Source: Carcharhinus longimanus (lineage: Eukaryota). From it: 64,000 nt of DNA. The stretch is taken from positions 93,656,477 through 93,720,476 of the forward strand of contig JASCQW010000081.1 of NCBI GenBank assembly GCA_030264375.1, written 5' to 3'. The notes under the pieces were generated by a model. The model had not been told where the DNA came from and made no database searches. It worked only from the letters and a program-made list of their open reading frames with translations. How positions within the stretch are numbered: the first letter of the stretch is position 1; every line of letters begins with the position of its first letter. A program made the translations under genes and the position numbers. This document shows, in pieces, positions 37,800 through 51,010 of the stretch.

Positions 37800-39755
37800 A
37801 GAACAGCGGAAAACATTCAGGAAGGATATAGGGAGAAGGCCGAATCATAATGTTCCACTTAAAAAGTTGGACTAACATATCCAATGATACCTGAATATCG
37901 AGGGACATCCAGCATTGCGGGGTGCGTGGCAGCCATTGAGCCTTAGTACAGAATATAATATGCAATATTAAATTAATAAGAAGATAGACCATGTGAGCAA
38001 AAACGATATCTGGCATTATACTGGTAATTAAAACTCAGTAAAATCTTAAACTGTTTTATAACGCATTAAAGGTTAGCAGTTCACTACCTTTTTTCTTTTT
38101 AAGTTCAGCAGTGTTAATTTGTGCATGGCATTGCAGGATGTTGATATAGATATAACTAAATACATTGCGTTGGTATTCAAATAGTGTGATCAACAATGTT
38201 GGTACAGTAGACATAGACAAGGGCTATGTTGCAATTAAAGTAATCAATATGGACATAAACGAGGTAATGTCGTCCGGCAGGCTTAAAACTTAACAAATCT
38301 CCAAGGCCGGATGAAACATATTGAAAAGTGTTGAGTGAGTGAAGTGAAAAATTGGTTGGGATGGTGGAAAAAATAATGTTGAATACTTCTCTGGCCAGAG
38401 GAGACTTAATTGAATATTGGACCACAGCCAAGTAATTATAATCATTCTACTGGGGAATGGAATGAAGCAGGAACCTACATATCAGCCAGTCTAAACATTG
38501 GGTTGGGAAAGTATTGGATGGAATTCTGCATTTGCAGAGGTAGGGATATATCAATAACATTCAACATGTTGTTGTTCAGGGTAAAAAATGTCTGAACGTT
38601 TTGAAAAAAAAGTGGCAAGTTGTGCCAATGAATGCAATGAATTTGACATAGTTTAGATGGAGTTCCGCAAGGCTTTTGGGAACGTTCAACATGTGAGACT
38701 GATGGAGAAGACAGAAAGCAATAGTGTCCATGGAAATATGTACATTGAGTGCAGAATTAGTTGAGTGCCAAGAAGCTGAGGGCCACGGTCGAGAGGAATT
38801 ATTTTCTTTCCACAGGAATACTGTGTCCTCTTTGGTCCGCAGGGATCAGTGCTGTGGTATGTATTGTTTGTGGATGAAGGAGGATTTACCTAATTCGCAG
38901 ATGGTATAGAATTTTTGGTGTGAGTGTCAAATAATAAGGGGATTAGCCTTAAATTACAGAAGAATAGAAATGGACTGGAAAAGTGTGCTCATTATTGGAA
39001 GATGGAATTCAAGCTGGACAAGTATGGGGTGATGCAATTGGGCAGAGCAACAAGCCAATTGAACACAAGATGAATGGACGAATTTTGGGAAGCAGTGGGT
39101 ATTGGTATGCCTGTAACCATAGCGAATAAAGTGCTTACCAATGCAAATGCTATACTTGTATTTGTAAGGTGAGTCATATATGTTTAACAACAGGCACCGT
39201 ATGCCTTAATGATAGAGAATGATGTTCATGCGACAGCTTGATTATTGCGTGGCGTTCTTCAATACATATGATAGCAGGGAAGTCATCGCATTGCAAATGT
39301 TACAGAGGAAATTTACGAGCACAAACTTGAACTGACAATTCGCATTTCAAGATGGACTCGAAATTTAGGGCTTGCCTTCCTTGGAGCAGAAAGTGGCATG
39401 AATGGCACACATGAAATCGTGACTGTCCTGGATAGACTAAAAAGGAATAAATGTTCATTCATGTTAAGGTATCAGTGACAAAGGGGTAGATTAAAGGGAA
39501 AGGACAAATAGGATTAATGGGGATGAGAGGAAAATTATTTGCATCCAAAAGCTGGGTTTCTGGAATTCACTGCTTGAAAGTTTGATGGAGGTACTTGTCT
39601 TCATAAAGTTTAAAACTATTTAGATTTACATTTGGGATGTAACGGCGTATACGGCTGGAAACTGGGAGTGGAGTAATTAGATGGCTTGAAATTCACTGCC
39701 ATAGAGGCGATGGATCGAAATGCCTTTACCAGTGTTGTATTAATTCTACGACATA
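37800..39755 (+). mobile_element. Decayed CR1 ORF2 to 3' end
   Basis: LKLNKSPRPDETY (about LK.DKSPGPD), acatatcagccagtctaaac (about YRPVSL), ttccgcaaggcttttgggaacgttcaacat (about FRKAFDKVPH), ccgcagggatcagtgct (PQGSV), ttcgcagatgg, WKMEFKLDKYGVMQLG, ttctggaattcactgc (WNSL). Left boundary is uncertain. Confidence 0.8.
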
Positions 39756-40539
39756 AGTTTGGAGACATTCTGTTAGTTACAAGCCTGAAATATATATACA
39801 CCTGTAATGGTTGTCATTGCAATGATTACGGATTCTTGTAAGAACTAATCAGTTTTACTCTTTCATTTTACGCATAACATTTACCTCTATTGTTTATATT
39901 AAACATCAAGCGTCACAACCATGAGGTTGATTATCATCTATATTATAAAATAATAAAGAGCAAGCTTGCCAAATTAAGACACATTACATCAGCTAAAACA
40001 TGCTGAAATGCTCAGCACTTCCTGTTTTTTGTTCAGTTGTGCACAGTTGCTTTCCAACCCACGGAGATTTTATGGGAAGCATAGAAAGGAATTGCTACCA
40101 TATTTTTAGAACTTTTTAAAAAATATTTCTTTACCCTGTCGTTTTGAAGAGCAGAAGAATGATCATTTTCCGGGCGGTTGGCTGGTAAAAAAAATGTTTT
40201 GGAACACGATCCGGATGTCATTCAGCAAATAATGCACTGGAAAAATTAAACACATGGTCAACAGAAGGAAAATAAAACATTTAAAAGACGAATGGAAAAT
40301 GCAATTCAAAATGTCGGCGTTATTTAATTGAAGGAATATATTGTCATTTTTCAGTAACATTGCGGCACGGAAAAAAAGGACAGCAACGTACCCATAATTC
40401 CCTGATGCCTTTTCCATCATTAAGTATGATTGCCATTGCTTTGATCTTACTTTATTTTTTACCTTCCTTTCCGCTTCCCATAATTGTTCGACACGGTAAT
40501 AAATGAAGAGTACCATAACCTCCTCCTTAGTGTTCCTGC

Positions 40540-41010
40540 ATTCAGTGCAGATTTACACAGATTCACGATGATATGAATGGAGAAATTCTTTGTCGCTTCT
40601 TCTTTAAATCTGCCATCCTAAAACTATGCCTATTACTCTAGAATGTCCACCGAACGAAAGATCCATCAGCATCTTATATAGATTTCCTCTCTGAATTCTA
40701 AAATCCGCCGACTAACGACTTATACTGTTGATTTTCCTTCTTATGACAGGTAGTTCAACAGTGGAATTAATCGAACAAGCATTTTCTTTTTCAATCATCT
40801 CAAATGCATTCACGTTTTTACTCAAATAAGAAGACATAAGCTGTGCATAGAATTCGACATGCGGTCTTAGGAATGTCATCTAGCTTTGCAATAGCAATCC
40901 ATANNNNNNNNNNTATTTCTGTATTGTATTCAGTTAGCAGACAATCCATTTGGTTTCCTTATTGTCTGATTCTCTTGTGATAGATGCTGAAGGACACCTG
41001 CATTTCTCTC
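40540..41010 (-). mobile_element. CR1 3' fragment
   Basis: Minus strand shows ctagagtaataggcatagttttagg (about SR..GHS.R) and ctaagaccgcatgtcgaattctatgcacagcttatgtcttcttatttgagtaaaaacgtg (about RPHLEYC.QFWSPYLRKDV). Confidence 0.65.
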
Positions 41011-41039
41011 TAACAAAATATTTTGAAGTGTTAGGGTAA

Positions 41040-42115
41040 AAGATTCGGCATCCTACTAAGGTTTGTTATGAACTCATATTAAACCATAAGAACTATAGGT
41101 TTTGACTTAGGGTGAGAGTAAGCGTTTCCACTCCAGGCGCAATACTACTGACACATTAGGAAGATGTTATGAAAGCAAATTGTAATTAACCACACAGTTT
41201 AACTCTGCAAAGCGAATTATGTTGACCTTCAACAATTGAGCAGTTCTTAAACATGACGAGAAACAAAGAAGCCTTAACTGATAAGCGATTGCTATGTGTA
41301 CACATTCAACATTATTTCTCTTGTAGACTTAAACCTCTCCATTGAAATTAGGTAGTAAAACGCAGGCATAATTGTTTGCCTTAGGTTAGCAGTTCTAAAG
41401 CTCCCGAAATTTCTCAGCAGAGGGAGAAAGATTTTTCTTCTAGCAAACCCAGACAGCAATGGCTTGTAGGACAACATGAACATGAGTCTGGTTTTCATGC
41501 AGGTTTGGCTTGTCACACGAAATCTTTTCCGTCAACCATCCTGACTGAAAAATCTGCACTTGTCATCCAAAATATCAAGAGAACCTAAATAAAGAACAGG
41601 TCAACTAACTGTACGAAGTAACACAATGCTGGCTAAAATCAGTCTTAGCTTGCATTCTTATTATGCGTTGCCAGTTTAGCAAACAATTCGACCCATGTAG
41701 CAAAACACGGCCACTAAAAATCAGTCTACGTTACGCATATAATGTATCGAAATTGTGCATTACCATCACAGGATTTTTCTCCTTTTCAATAATAACTTGT
41801 TTTATATCAATCTGACCATAACAGACAACTCTACGGGTATTCTCTTTACGTTAGATCTGCCAAATATGCAAGGATTCGTTTAACCTATGTATTTCCATTT
41901 TTATTCATTTCATGATTGAAAAGTATGTTCTAGAACCTGAGAAACAGTACATCATCGAGATCCCATCATCCACGTTTCTTGTTACGTCTACAAATAACCT
42001 TATCAAATTAGTCAAACAAAACTTGCACATCGTAAAGCAAAGTGATGCTGATGAATTTGACGTTTCAAATATCTGCTACTACTTTTTCACGATTAATTCC
42101 AACAACTTCTCAACA
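41040..42115 (+). mobile_element. Probable very old Penelope-like element (RT plus GIY-YIG) remnant
   Basis: Weak but collinear motifs: YELILNHKNYRF (about ELVL..N.F.F), NYVD (about RYIDD), SLVDLNLSI (about FLDL.ISI), ICQIC (CxxC), KYVLEPEKQ (about YIGET.R), TINSNNF (about NI.FNNF C-terminus). Confidence 0.45.
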
Positions 42116-42989
42116 GTAGAACAAACTAGCCTATATTTCCTTTTTTTCTGCCTTTCTTCCTTTCTGAACAGGCGGGCTAGGACCGTTATTTTTTCAACCC
42201 ACTCGAACCTTCTCTGGGCCCTTTGGATCGTTTGTAATATTAACATTTCTGCTGTTCATCTGCCTCTTCCATTAAAATTCTCGGATGCCGGCCGCCAGGC
42301 TATGAGGACACGTCAGATTTCATCTGGTGGTTAACTTAGTGTTTTAACACTAGTGTTGGTGATTGTTTTAAGTTGATCCTTTTCAACAATGTTTGCAGCA
42401 TTATTAGACAGATTTTAGTGCGCTACCCATGGGAAACAGAGGGAACATCCGGAATTCGTGTTGGTGTCATTTCTATTTCCTGCATTATTAATTCCGCAAT
42501 CTCGTCCTGTTGGAGAACAACGTTGGCTGTGACTATTTTCTTTCTTTCTTTCTGATACACTTATAGGCTAATTGCGCAGAAATAATGCCAATATTTGTTT
42601 TCCTTTAACATTTCATTCATGTTTTGAAACGTATTGGCTCCGTAAATGCTTCTCGATTCTGCAGATTGCCACTAATCAGTGTACTATAAAAGGAATTAGC
42701 TATTTTGCCTTGATATTACCTTTCAATTCCATGCATTGCCTTGCATGAATTATCCCATTTTAGAATATTTCTTCCTCTGTGCACCACATCTTAATTGGGA
42801 GGAATGGAGCATGCCCTCAATGTCTATCACTGATCTTAAACTACCCAATCTTTTAGGATTTTTGCACAATTCACTGTGATAACATTTGCCTTCATATCTG
42901 TATACCTTGTTGTCTTTGTTCAACCAGGCCAAGTGTCGAACATAAGCTTATTGTCATCAAACTGAATTTGAAATCCAAGTTGCAATAAC

Positions 42990-44850
42990 CCTTCTCCCGA
43001 TAGGATGATCCGTAAAATATTGTTAAGAAAATCCGTCAGATCAGAGGACTAAGTATAAAATATCATGAAATCTGCTTTGTGCGCACCAAGCTGTTCCAAG
43101 AATCTTTATCTAACTTATGACCTCTCCGTCGAGATTACCCTTACAAATGCACTTAATCTGGTCTGTATACAAATGAAAAACACACATGATTGTTAGCATA
43201 CCTTACTTCCAAACCGTCACCTTTCATGGTTTCTACTTCGCCCTATTGAAACGCTATTATTTGGAGTCGAGATTACTCCTACCAGGGAAGTATTTGTCTT
43301 TCTATTTGCTATTTCCAACCAGTCTGATTCACCGTCTTAGTATCCATTTTCAATATAATTTCTTACTACAGCATTGAATTATTCCTTTACTAAAGTTTCT
43401 GAATTACACAGAGTTTCCCAAGAAAACAAACAACATTTGAAAAGTAAATACAAAAATTGATTTTTTTGGTGCAATGAAAGAGTTTTCTGAACAGAATCTT
43501 TCCTTTTATGAAATCTAAATTGACCACCATTGAAATACATAATGAAAAATTCGGAGACAACGCCAGTGTTGATCCATACTCTGCACAGCAATTCCCCTTC
43601 TCGTCAACTCTGCGGACAAGATGGTCCTAAATGTTTGCAAAAAAAAAAGTGATCAATAACTCTTGGTGTGCTCTCCCAAGTATGGGATAAAATGGCCACC
43701 AGTCGATCAGAATAGAAACAATTTTATTAGCAATCAAGCATAAAATTCAAGGTCTATCTTGATTCGGAATGTGGGAAATGCGGAAGGATACTATACCGTT
43801 AACTAAGCATGTTTGGTCACATTATCAGCTGGGCCACCACTTGCCACTTTTCTAAAGATCCGCTGATGTAGAGTTCTCATGTCCATTAACAAGTACTGAC
43901 GATCCTAAATAGACATGCGGCAACCGGATCTTGATGCCATAACTTAATCGAAAATATTATGTTACTCTCACATGCTTTTTATGGTACTAAATTACTGCCT
44001 CTTCTATCTGATCATTCACCCTTTCACCCTTGAAGATTGTTCTTTAAAGCCACTTCCATGTTTGCCTCAATGTCACAGAGATTCCTGTTCCCCATTGACG
44101 TGAGCCTGCTCATCCGCATTCCTCCCTTCATTCTGAGAATATTTCCAACATCTTTTTTTACCGATGTGCAGGCATAATACCTCTCATGATTAAGTCCACA
44201 GATACTGACAGTAGATTTATTAGTATTGTGGGAAACAACCGATTTCCAACAGTGTCTCGGGACACTATTCATAGATTTGCTTGGAATTAATGGCATGCCG
44301 GACATACGTCTAGAAAGTCTCAATCTGCCGATTGCAACCGGGAACATGTGCTCAGTAAGTTAACGTATAGGATCCACCATAACGTAGGCCAACTCCTTTC
44401 TCAAAGAAATTTACGATAGTTACATGCTGAAGTTCGAGGGAATTAATTTTATTTACAAAACCCAAATCCGTAGAAGAGGTGCATGGGTTATTGTTTTTAA
44501 TAATCGTCAGCCAGCATTGACGACTTCCTAGGAATGCCATTTGTCCGTTTTTTTCTTTCCATTTTCGACTTTGCTGGCAGGTTGCATTTGTCCCATTGAT
44601 GTAACTAAGGACATGCATTCAATTTGAACACACCGGGGAGTATCCTATTGACCTTTGCTGATGTTGAAGTGAACTATCACGTAAGAAATATCAACATTCT
44701 AAATGAAACCTTTGTTGCGAATTGATCACTTCGGTTAGATTAAACTGTCTCTTCAGTAATTAAATTGCACGTAGTAACACTCAGCGGAACACTGAATCTC
44801 ATGAACATCCTCTGCCTGACATGTTGAGAATCGTGTCAGTCATTGTTTGG
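42990..44850 (-). mobile_element. Ty3/Gypsy LTR-retrotransposon pol fossil with Gmr1-type order (IN, then RT, then RNase H)
   Basis: On the minus strand, in order: DK/GIP (about WDKGIP, IN core, about 44535), LRYGGSY (about ARF.GPY, 44360-44390), SICG...DVGNILRMK...IE...LKNNL (pre-RT, ORF 44024..44347), ADL*K/WQV (about DLLKGYWQV, 43835-43865), IANKIVS, ID/LVAILSHTWE (about IDDLVIFSHTWE, 43670-43710), IERQI and YTDQ (RNase H, about YTDH, 43160-43170). Confidence 0.65.
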
Positions 44851-46808
44851 ATTGCAGTTATGCTTAAAAAACACACACACACGGGCTAGATTCATTTTCT
44901 TGTCAGGTCGTCGGTTCGTAGCTTTCTGAGAGATCTGAACTAGTCCTAACTCACCAAGTTCCATCCCTTCAGTGGAGATATGGTGCGAAGTCAGAAAACG
45001 TCTCTATGTTACAGAAATGGCTGTTGTACGGAAGGCTTATATTGATACTGGGTGTGTCTGCATATACTAATGATCGCAGGTGAGTGGCCAATGCGTGAAC
45101 AGGTAGGTGAGTGCGTGGATATGACAATAGTAAAGAGAGAAGGCTGAACTAAAAGAAAGTTGGTAAGGTATTGATAAAATAAGTAATTTGATAGGTGTGT
45201 CGTGGATAAGATTATTAAGCGGGAGATTGCTAATGGTATGCACACGAGGACGTAAATCGTTTGTATGGTCGGAGGTTGAGACGTTTGGGTGCAAAATTCG
45301 AAACAATAGTAAACGTGTGAAGTTAGGAGTTGGTGTTAGCAACTGGGAAGCGTCGCAAGTTGGTGGTTGGCATTTGGGTGACGTAGTAGAACTGTGCGTG
45401 AATTATTAGGGCTTAGAATGCAATGTTTTAGGTGGGTAATGCCCCATGGATAAACGGTGACAGGATTGCGCAGAAATGTTCTTGTTTTGGGAAGGTTTGG
45501 AAATGACCTGATAGCATAACTCTGCAATTAATTGATTAAATCCGGATCGTGTGCAAGACCTATTTAAGTCAGTATTTATAGAGATAATAAGACAATTAAT
45601 AGTAGATTGATTCTTCATAGATTGACTTGTTCCAAGGGCCACGATCATTTTTATACTGACCATCATGATGGGAAGCAAACTCAAATAATCAGAAGCAAGA
45701 CATGTGGTCGAATGGCAGGTTCATGAGTTCTAATCTGAGAGTTTACTTTTTTTTCCTCTCAGCGTAGATGGTCTTATATGTAGCTGATAAGAAAGGTATG
45801 CCCGTCTTAGTTCCCTTTAGATTCTAATGAAGCTGCTTGTTCTTTTCATTTTTTTAACGATGGAAGAACTATTTCAATGCGTAACTAATCGTTTTATTCA
45901 TACAAGAAGCCGCGTTGGCGACAGTTCTGCAGGACTATCTCATGATACCCGACGTCGTCACCCTCTATCATTACCCCAATGCTCACCGATCAATTTAGGG
46001 TTTTTTTTCAGCATGTACTGCTCTTAAAACTGGACATGTGTGTCGCTCTCAACGTTTCCGTTGCATTAGAATGTGAAACAACATCTCTGTTCTTTCAACT
46101 GTCCATGTCCATGAAGGTAGCTCCAACTGAATACACCAATATTATTGGCGCTTGACAAAGCAGGTGTTAATCTATTCTTTTTGTCAGTCAGTCTTAGCAT
46201 TCCCTTAGCACAAATTTTGCCATTTATATGGCAGCAGTATTTAGATTGTTTTTAGTCCTTTCCCACTGTGGTAAGATTTGATTCCCAAGGCAACATTGGC
46301 CACAAAAAAAATAATAATTCTAATATATTGATGGATATTCGTCGCTATGTTGCCTGTGTAAACAATTCTGGCTAGAGATTGCCATGGGTTATACATGTAA
46401 TGTTGTCAGCAAACAACCACAGGACTAAAATGTTACATTTGCATCATTTCATAAGTCTGCAATTGAGTTTTGTTAAAACCACGATCATAACAACAAATTG
46501 TATCCATTTACATCGAAATGACAATGGTTATGAATGAAGGGTATGGCTCGTACTGAAAGAACAAAGGTAATAGAATATTAAGAATTGCAATAATAACATA
46601 GAAAATGGAAGACAATGTACGAAACTTGCGGACAGGAGGAGACAGGATAACATCAGGCGAGAATTTTCACTGTGTAACTATAACTGTAAAATTAATACTG
46701 CAATCAAAATACTGGGAATAGTATCAATAACTGTTGCTTAAAATGCGAAAAGAAATTGCATTTTTTATAACGTAAATGCGTTAGAGAAATGACACATTTT
46801 GATTAATG

Positions 46809-47263
46809 TTTGATTTATTTTATTTGATTTAGTTTATTATTGTCACATGTATTAGCATACAGTGAAAAGTATTACTTCTTGCGCGCTGTACATACAGAAG
46901 ATACCGTTCATAGAAAAGGACACGAGACAGTGCAGAATATAGTGTTACCTTCATAGCTAATGTGCAGAGAAAGATTAACTAAATACAAGGTAGATCCATT
47001 CAAAAGTCTTAAGGTGGCAGAGAAATAACTGTGCTTGAATCGGCTGGTACGTGACCTTGACTTCTGTGTTTATTTCCCCCAGGGAAGAGAGTGGAAGAGA
47101 GATGTTCCGGGCTGTGAGGGGAGCGTAATTATGCTGGCTGCTTTGCTGAGGCAGCAGGAATAACAGACAGACTCAATGGATAGAAGGCTGGATTGCGTGA
47201 TGGATCGGACTACATGCACAGCAGTTTATCGTTTTTTGAAGCCTTGGGCAGAGCAGGAGCTAC
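46809..47263 (-). mobile_element. Rex1/Babar-clade LINE 3' end
   Basis: Minus strand: SCSAQGFKKR*TAVHVVRSITQSSLLSIESVCYSCCLSKAASIITLPSQPGTSLFHSLPWGK..SRSRTSRFKHSYFSATLRLLN (about II.DP.HP.H.LF..LPSG.R...RT.R...SFFP...RLLN), followed by an AAATC/AAATA-type tail. Confidence 0.8.
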
Positions 47264-47287
47264 TTTGTAGCTCCTGCTCTGCCCAAG
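47243..47287. repeat. Perfect 21-bp inverted repeat with a 3-nt loop
   Basis: CTTGGGCAGAGCAGGAGCTAC-TTT-GTAGCTCCTGCTCTGCCCAAG. Confidence 0.95.
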
Positions 47288-47289
47288 AG

Positions 47290-47812
47290 ACTCAGATAGC
47301 TGCTTAAATTACCTTAGAGCGGCTAAACGTAGTTGGCAATTAGAAGATTAGGAATGATTTTTTAAAAAAAACAACAAAGAATGACTAAGAAGGTGATAAA
47401 GAAAGGAAACATAGAGTATGAAGCTAAACTAGCTCTAAATATAAAAAATGACAGTAAACGTTTTTACAAATATATAAAGAAGAAGTGACTGGCTAGAGCG
47501 AATGTTGGACCCTCGGAAGATGAGAGGGGGGATTTAGCAGTGTGCGATGAGGAAATGGCTGAGGCTTTAAATAAGTTTTTTGCCTCGGTCTTCACGGAGG
47601 AGGACACGAATAGTTTGCCGNNNNNNNNNNNNNNNNNNNNNNNNNNNNNNNNNNNNNNNNNNNNNNNNNNNNNNNNNNNNNNNNNNNNNNNNNNNNNNNN
47701 NNNNNNNNNNNNNNNNNNNNCTTCAGATCAGCCGTGATCTTGTTGAATGGCGGGGCAGGCTCGAAGGGCTAGATGGCCTACTCCTGCTCCTATTTCTTAT
47801 GTTCGTATGTAA
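47290..47812 (+). mobile_element. Young CR1/HER1 LINE, interior collapsed in the gap 47621-47720
   Basis: EYEAKLALNIKNDSKRFYKYIK, NVGPSEDERG..CDEEMAEALNKFFASVFTEED. 3' end gaatggcggggcaggctcgaagggctagatggcctactcctgctcctatttcttatgttcgtatgt. Confidence 0.9.
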
Positions 47813-49999
47813 AATATTATTTGACTTGTGCTTGATATTGATGATTGTCCCAGAATGCATTGAAATCATCTGCGTCGTGTAATTAAGTTAATTATATAAT
47901 CACGTGATTAAATGTGGCTAATACATTCATGTGTACATAAAAGTCAGACTCGTTGTGCAGCAATTATAACTTATTAACTTCGTAATTCAAAACAGTGACA
48001 CCTGATTTTCAGCATTCGGTGTGCAAATTATTCGTAATACGTATAATGAGCAAAAGCAATACATCAGGATGTAAAATGATGTAATTATAGAAATCTAATT
48101 CCGCTTTAACGGATTGTCTGATAATCCAAGTGAAATCCGTTGTCTGTGATTGATGAACATGGAGAGATCAATGCGAGACTATAATTATTGCAACGTTCAT
48201 AGGCGAATATTTGAAACAATAGTTGACTGTATATATTTGCGTATCTATATGCGAAGTTCGAATTTATCTGATGAAAAAAAAAATCAACATTTTATTTGAT
48301 TCTGGCTTAATTTAGTCTTTGCCATTCTCGGCAGAAAATACTTGAATCATGTATTTCTTCCTTTTGGTTTTGTACAATTGCGGAATTGTTCTGTCTAGTT
48401 GAACCAAACCCGCCTGCGGGAAAACTGACGGGATTTGTGCGACTAATCTGATTAGATAAAGACATCTAATTTTACTCTGGAATGGCTTTCTATTGAAAAC
48501 AAACAAAAAAATTCTCACAATTAAATGTGTTTTCCTGGCTGTAAGTTAATTCAAACGACCCTTCAGTAGCATGCATGTCAAGGCACTTCTAAGAAGGCAG
48601 TTTACGAAATACTCGTGCCCAATCCCACTAGGCTAAATTCAATTCCTCCATTACAGTGGACAATGAATCGCCGCCGACGACCTAACGGTGTCTGTTGATA
48701 TACCCATATTGTTGACCACTACAGTTTGCATATTGCGTTCTACCCCAATGGTGATATTATCTTTGACATTTACAAATAACTCATTATATAACGACTGGCT
48801 CAAAGTTGCTAAAGTTGGAACACCAACACCAAACAAAGGGAATCCATTTACGCGAGGAATGCTAATACATTTTTGCATCACTTTGTTTTGAAATTAAGCT
48901 TGATCACGTTAATTTGCGTAATACGAATAACACAGTTCAAAGCAGTGAGTTCACACAGCCACTGTGGTAGATACAAGACAATGTTAACTGTACAAGCAGC
49001 ATTATCCAAGAAAGAGAGATTATACACATACTCCCTCTTTTTTTTCATTATCCTTTATGAATGATATCCAACAAGTACAGTTCAGCGATGTCAGTTTTGT
49101 ATGAGGCAATGACCCTGTTCGAATAGTTTTGATGCCTTATTTTATATCACTGCAGGAATAATCAACATCAAAACATTTTCAATTATGCAATTAGTTCAAT
49201 CGCGTGGATTCGAAAAATTCAAACTAATCATTTAATGGGACATAAGATCCACTGACAAGAATAATTGGATTTGTATCTTAGGGGCATATTTAGCAATTCT
49301 CCGTAATTTCAATTTAAAAGTGTCCATCCTCTTAAAAGGAACTGATCACATGTAGTTTACACAAGACGGTAATTGTACTACAATAACGTTTTAGGTTGCC
49401 ATTGAAGATTGTCAGTCGCAGATTTAATTTAACAAACACAGGTGATTGTGTTAGGATTTTTATTCATATTTATTGAATTCGAGAGCTACTTTCGAACGAT
49501 GGAAGAGTCAGGAACGACGTTATCTGAAATTTAAAGAAAAACAGTAAAATTAGTAAAATGAAATGTACAGTTATATACAGATCTTTGAATTAGATTATCA
49601 ATTATATTAGATGATTGTAAATTACAATTTAATGAACTTTTTCACTGCAGTGTTCATACGTTTCTAACTTTTTTTATGGCATATAGTCATGTCAACTGAT
49701 TCTCTGAGAGACAGGAGAGCCTATACTATGCTAGACTTCTCCACCAGCTCGATCCACAACTCAATTGGATCATTGCTGATGATTTAACCTGACGAAATTT
49801 GCAGGTGGAAGGTAACAGCTTTCTTCACCCATAATCATAAATCCCTTCGGAGGTCACAAAGGATAACCCGTAGTCTGTTTCAATTCCTGTGGTGTCCATG
49901 GGGGATTTAGAGGCGGAGGGCTTTTGGGGTTGGGGGTTGGAGGGGGTTGGTGTGTGGGGGTGGTTGGAGGAGGCATAAGATGCCAGACAATATCTCTTT

Positions 50000-50590
50000 A
50001 TCACTTTATTATTGGCTATCTTGAAACCGATCGTCTACTGTTTTCAACCTATTGGGTGACTGACTACAACATTCTGTGGTAAGCAAATACAAATGGCTAA
50101 GAATACTGAATGAATAGTTTCTTCTCAGCTCAGTTTTAAATTCTTGTAATTCTGAGACAACATCCCATGACGCAAGACTCCCAGTTATGAGAAACATCTG
50201 TCTGGATCTACCATCTTGTTTCCGTAGAATAACCCTTCATTCTTTTAAAAGCTGCGGAATGGGGTTTCAGTCTGACTATACGTCTTTTTGGACAATAAAA
50301 ATAGCCCAATTAGTAAAGGCCTTGTAATGTTCCTGCCAGTCCCTAATTGACACGCCCTATTTATTTTGGTCATGCGTCAAACGTTAAGAGTACTTTCCTA
50401 CATGTTTTCTCGAAACAGCTCAATACAAGTGCAGTGCATGCTAACCTCCATTCACAAATGATCTTGCCATAAAGCTTACATATTTTATATATTTCAGTTA
50501 TTGCTGTGCCTTTTTTTGCCTAGATTTCAGTGACTCAGCAGCTTGCAAACCCAGGTCCGTTTTGGCATCATCACTTCCCAGTTGCTCTCT
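50000..50590 (-). mobile_element. Old CR1 3' fragment
   Basis: ORF 50009..50197 EFKTELRRNYSFSILSHLY (about PFKTELRRNFFSQRVV.LW), plus gacggacctgggtttgcaag (about RDLGV.V). Confidence 0.6.
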
Positions 50591-50894
50591 ACTTCATTGT
50601 TTACAAGGCACTGCGGAGCACTGTATAAAAGTCCATCTATTAAATAAAGCATGCTTCTGCTAACGATCAAAGGTGAGCTTGAGTGAGCACAGATTCCCCA
50701 GAACGCTTCACTCCAAAATTTAGTGAGTAATATTATTCAGCAGGTTCAAGTAAGAACAACAATTTGACAGTTTTTGTGACCAAAGACATGGCTGAAAAAG
50801 GGAATCGAGGGATAACAAATCACGATGATTGAGGTCTGTAAATAATATAAAATCAAACCAGCGAGGAGGCTACAATCTGAAGCAAAACAAAAAT

Positions 50895-51010
50895 GACAGT
50901 TCTGACAACGTTATTTTTTTCCCAGACGCGAAATGTTGGACCTTGTTTTTTTTCTCTCTCTCCACAAAAGCTGTCAGACTATCCAAGGTCTTCCTGTATT
51001 TAATGCTTAT
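50895..51010 (+). mobile_element. Degenerate PLE-type terminal repeat with an eroded hammerhead
   Basis: ttCTGACAAcg...ccagacgcGAAAtgttgg...tctctccacaaaagctgtcagact. The layout resembles fish/shark PLE termini as I recall them; core G8 is mutated. Confidence 0.4.

Noticed and set aside
42540-42985. Possible L2-like LINE fragment on the minus strand (FDDNKL, KRLGS)
   Set aside because: Motif similarity is too weak to call a family.
48385-48420. Minus-strand GGFGST resembling dUTPase motif 5
   Set aside because: Lacks the preceding RG and all upstream dUTPase motifs; lies in a short 52-aa frame.
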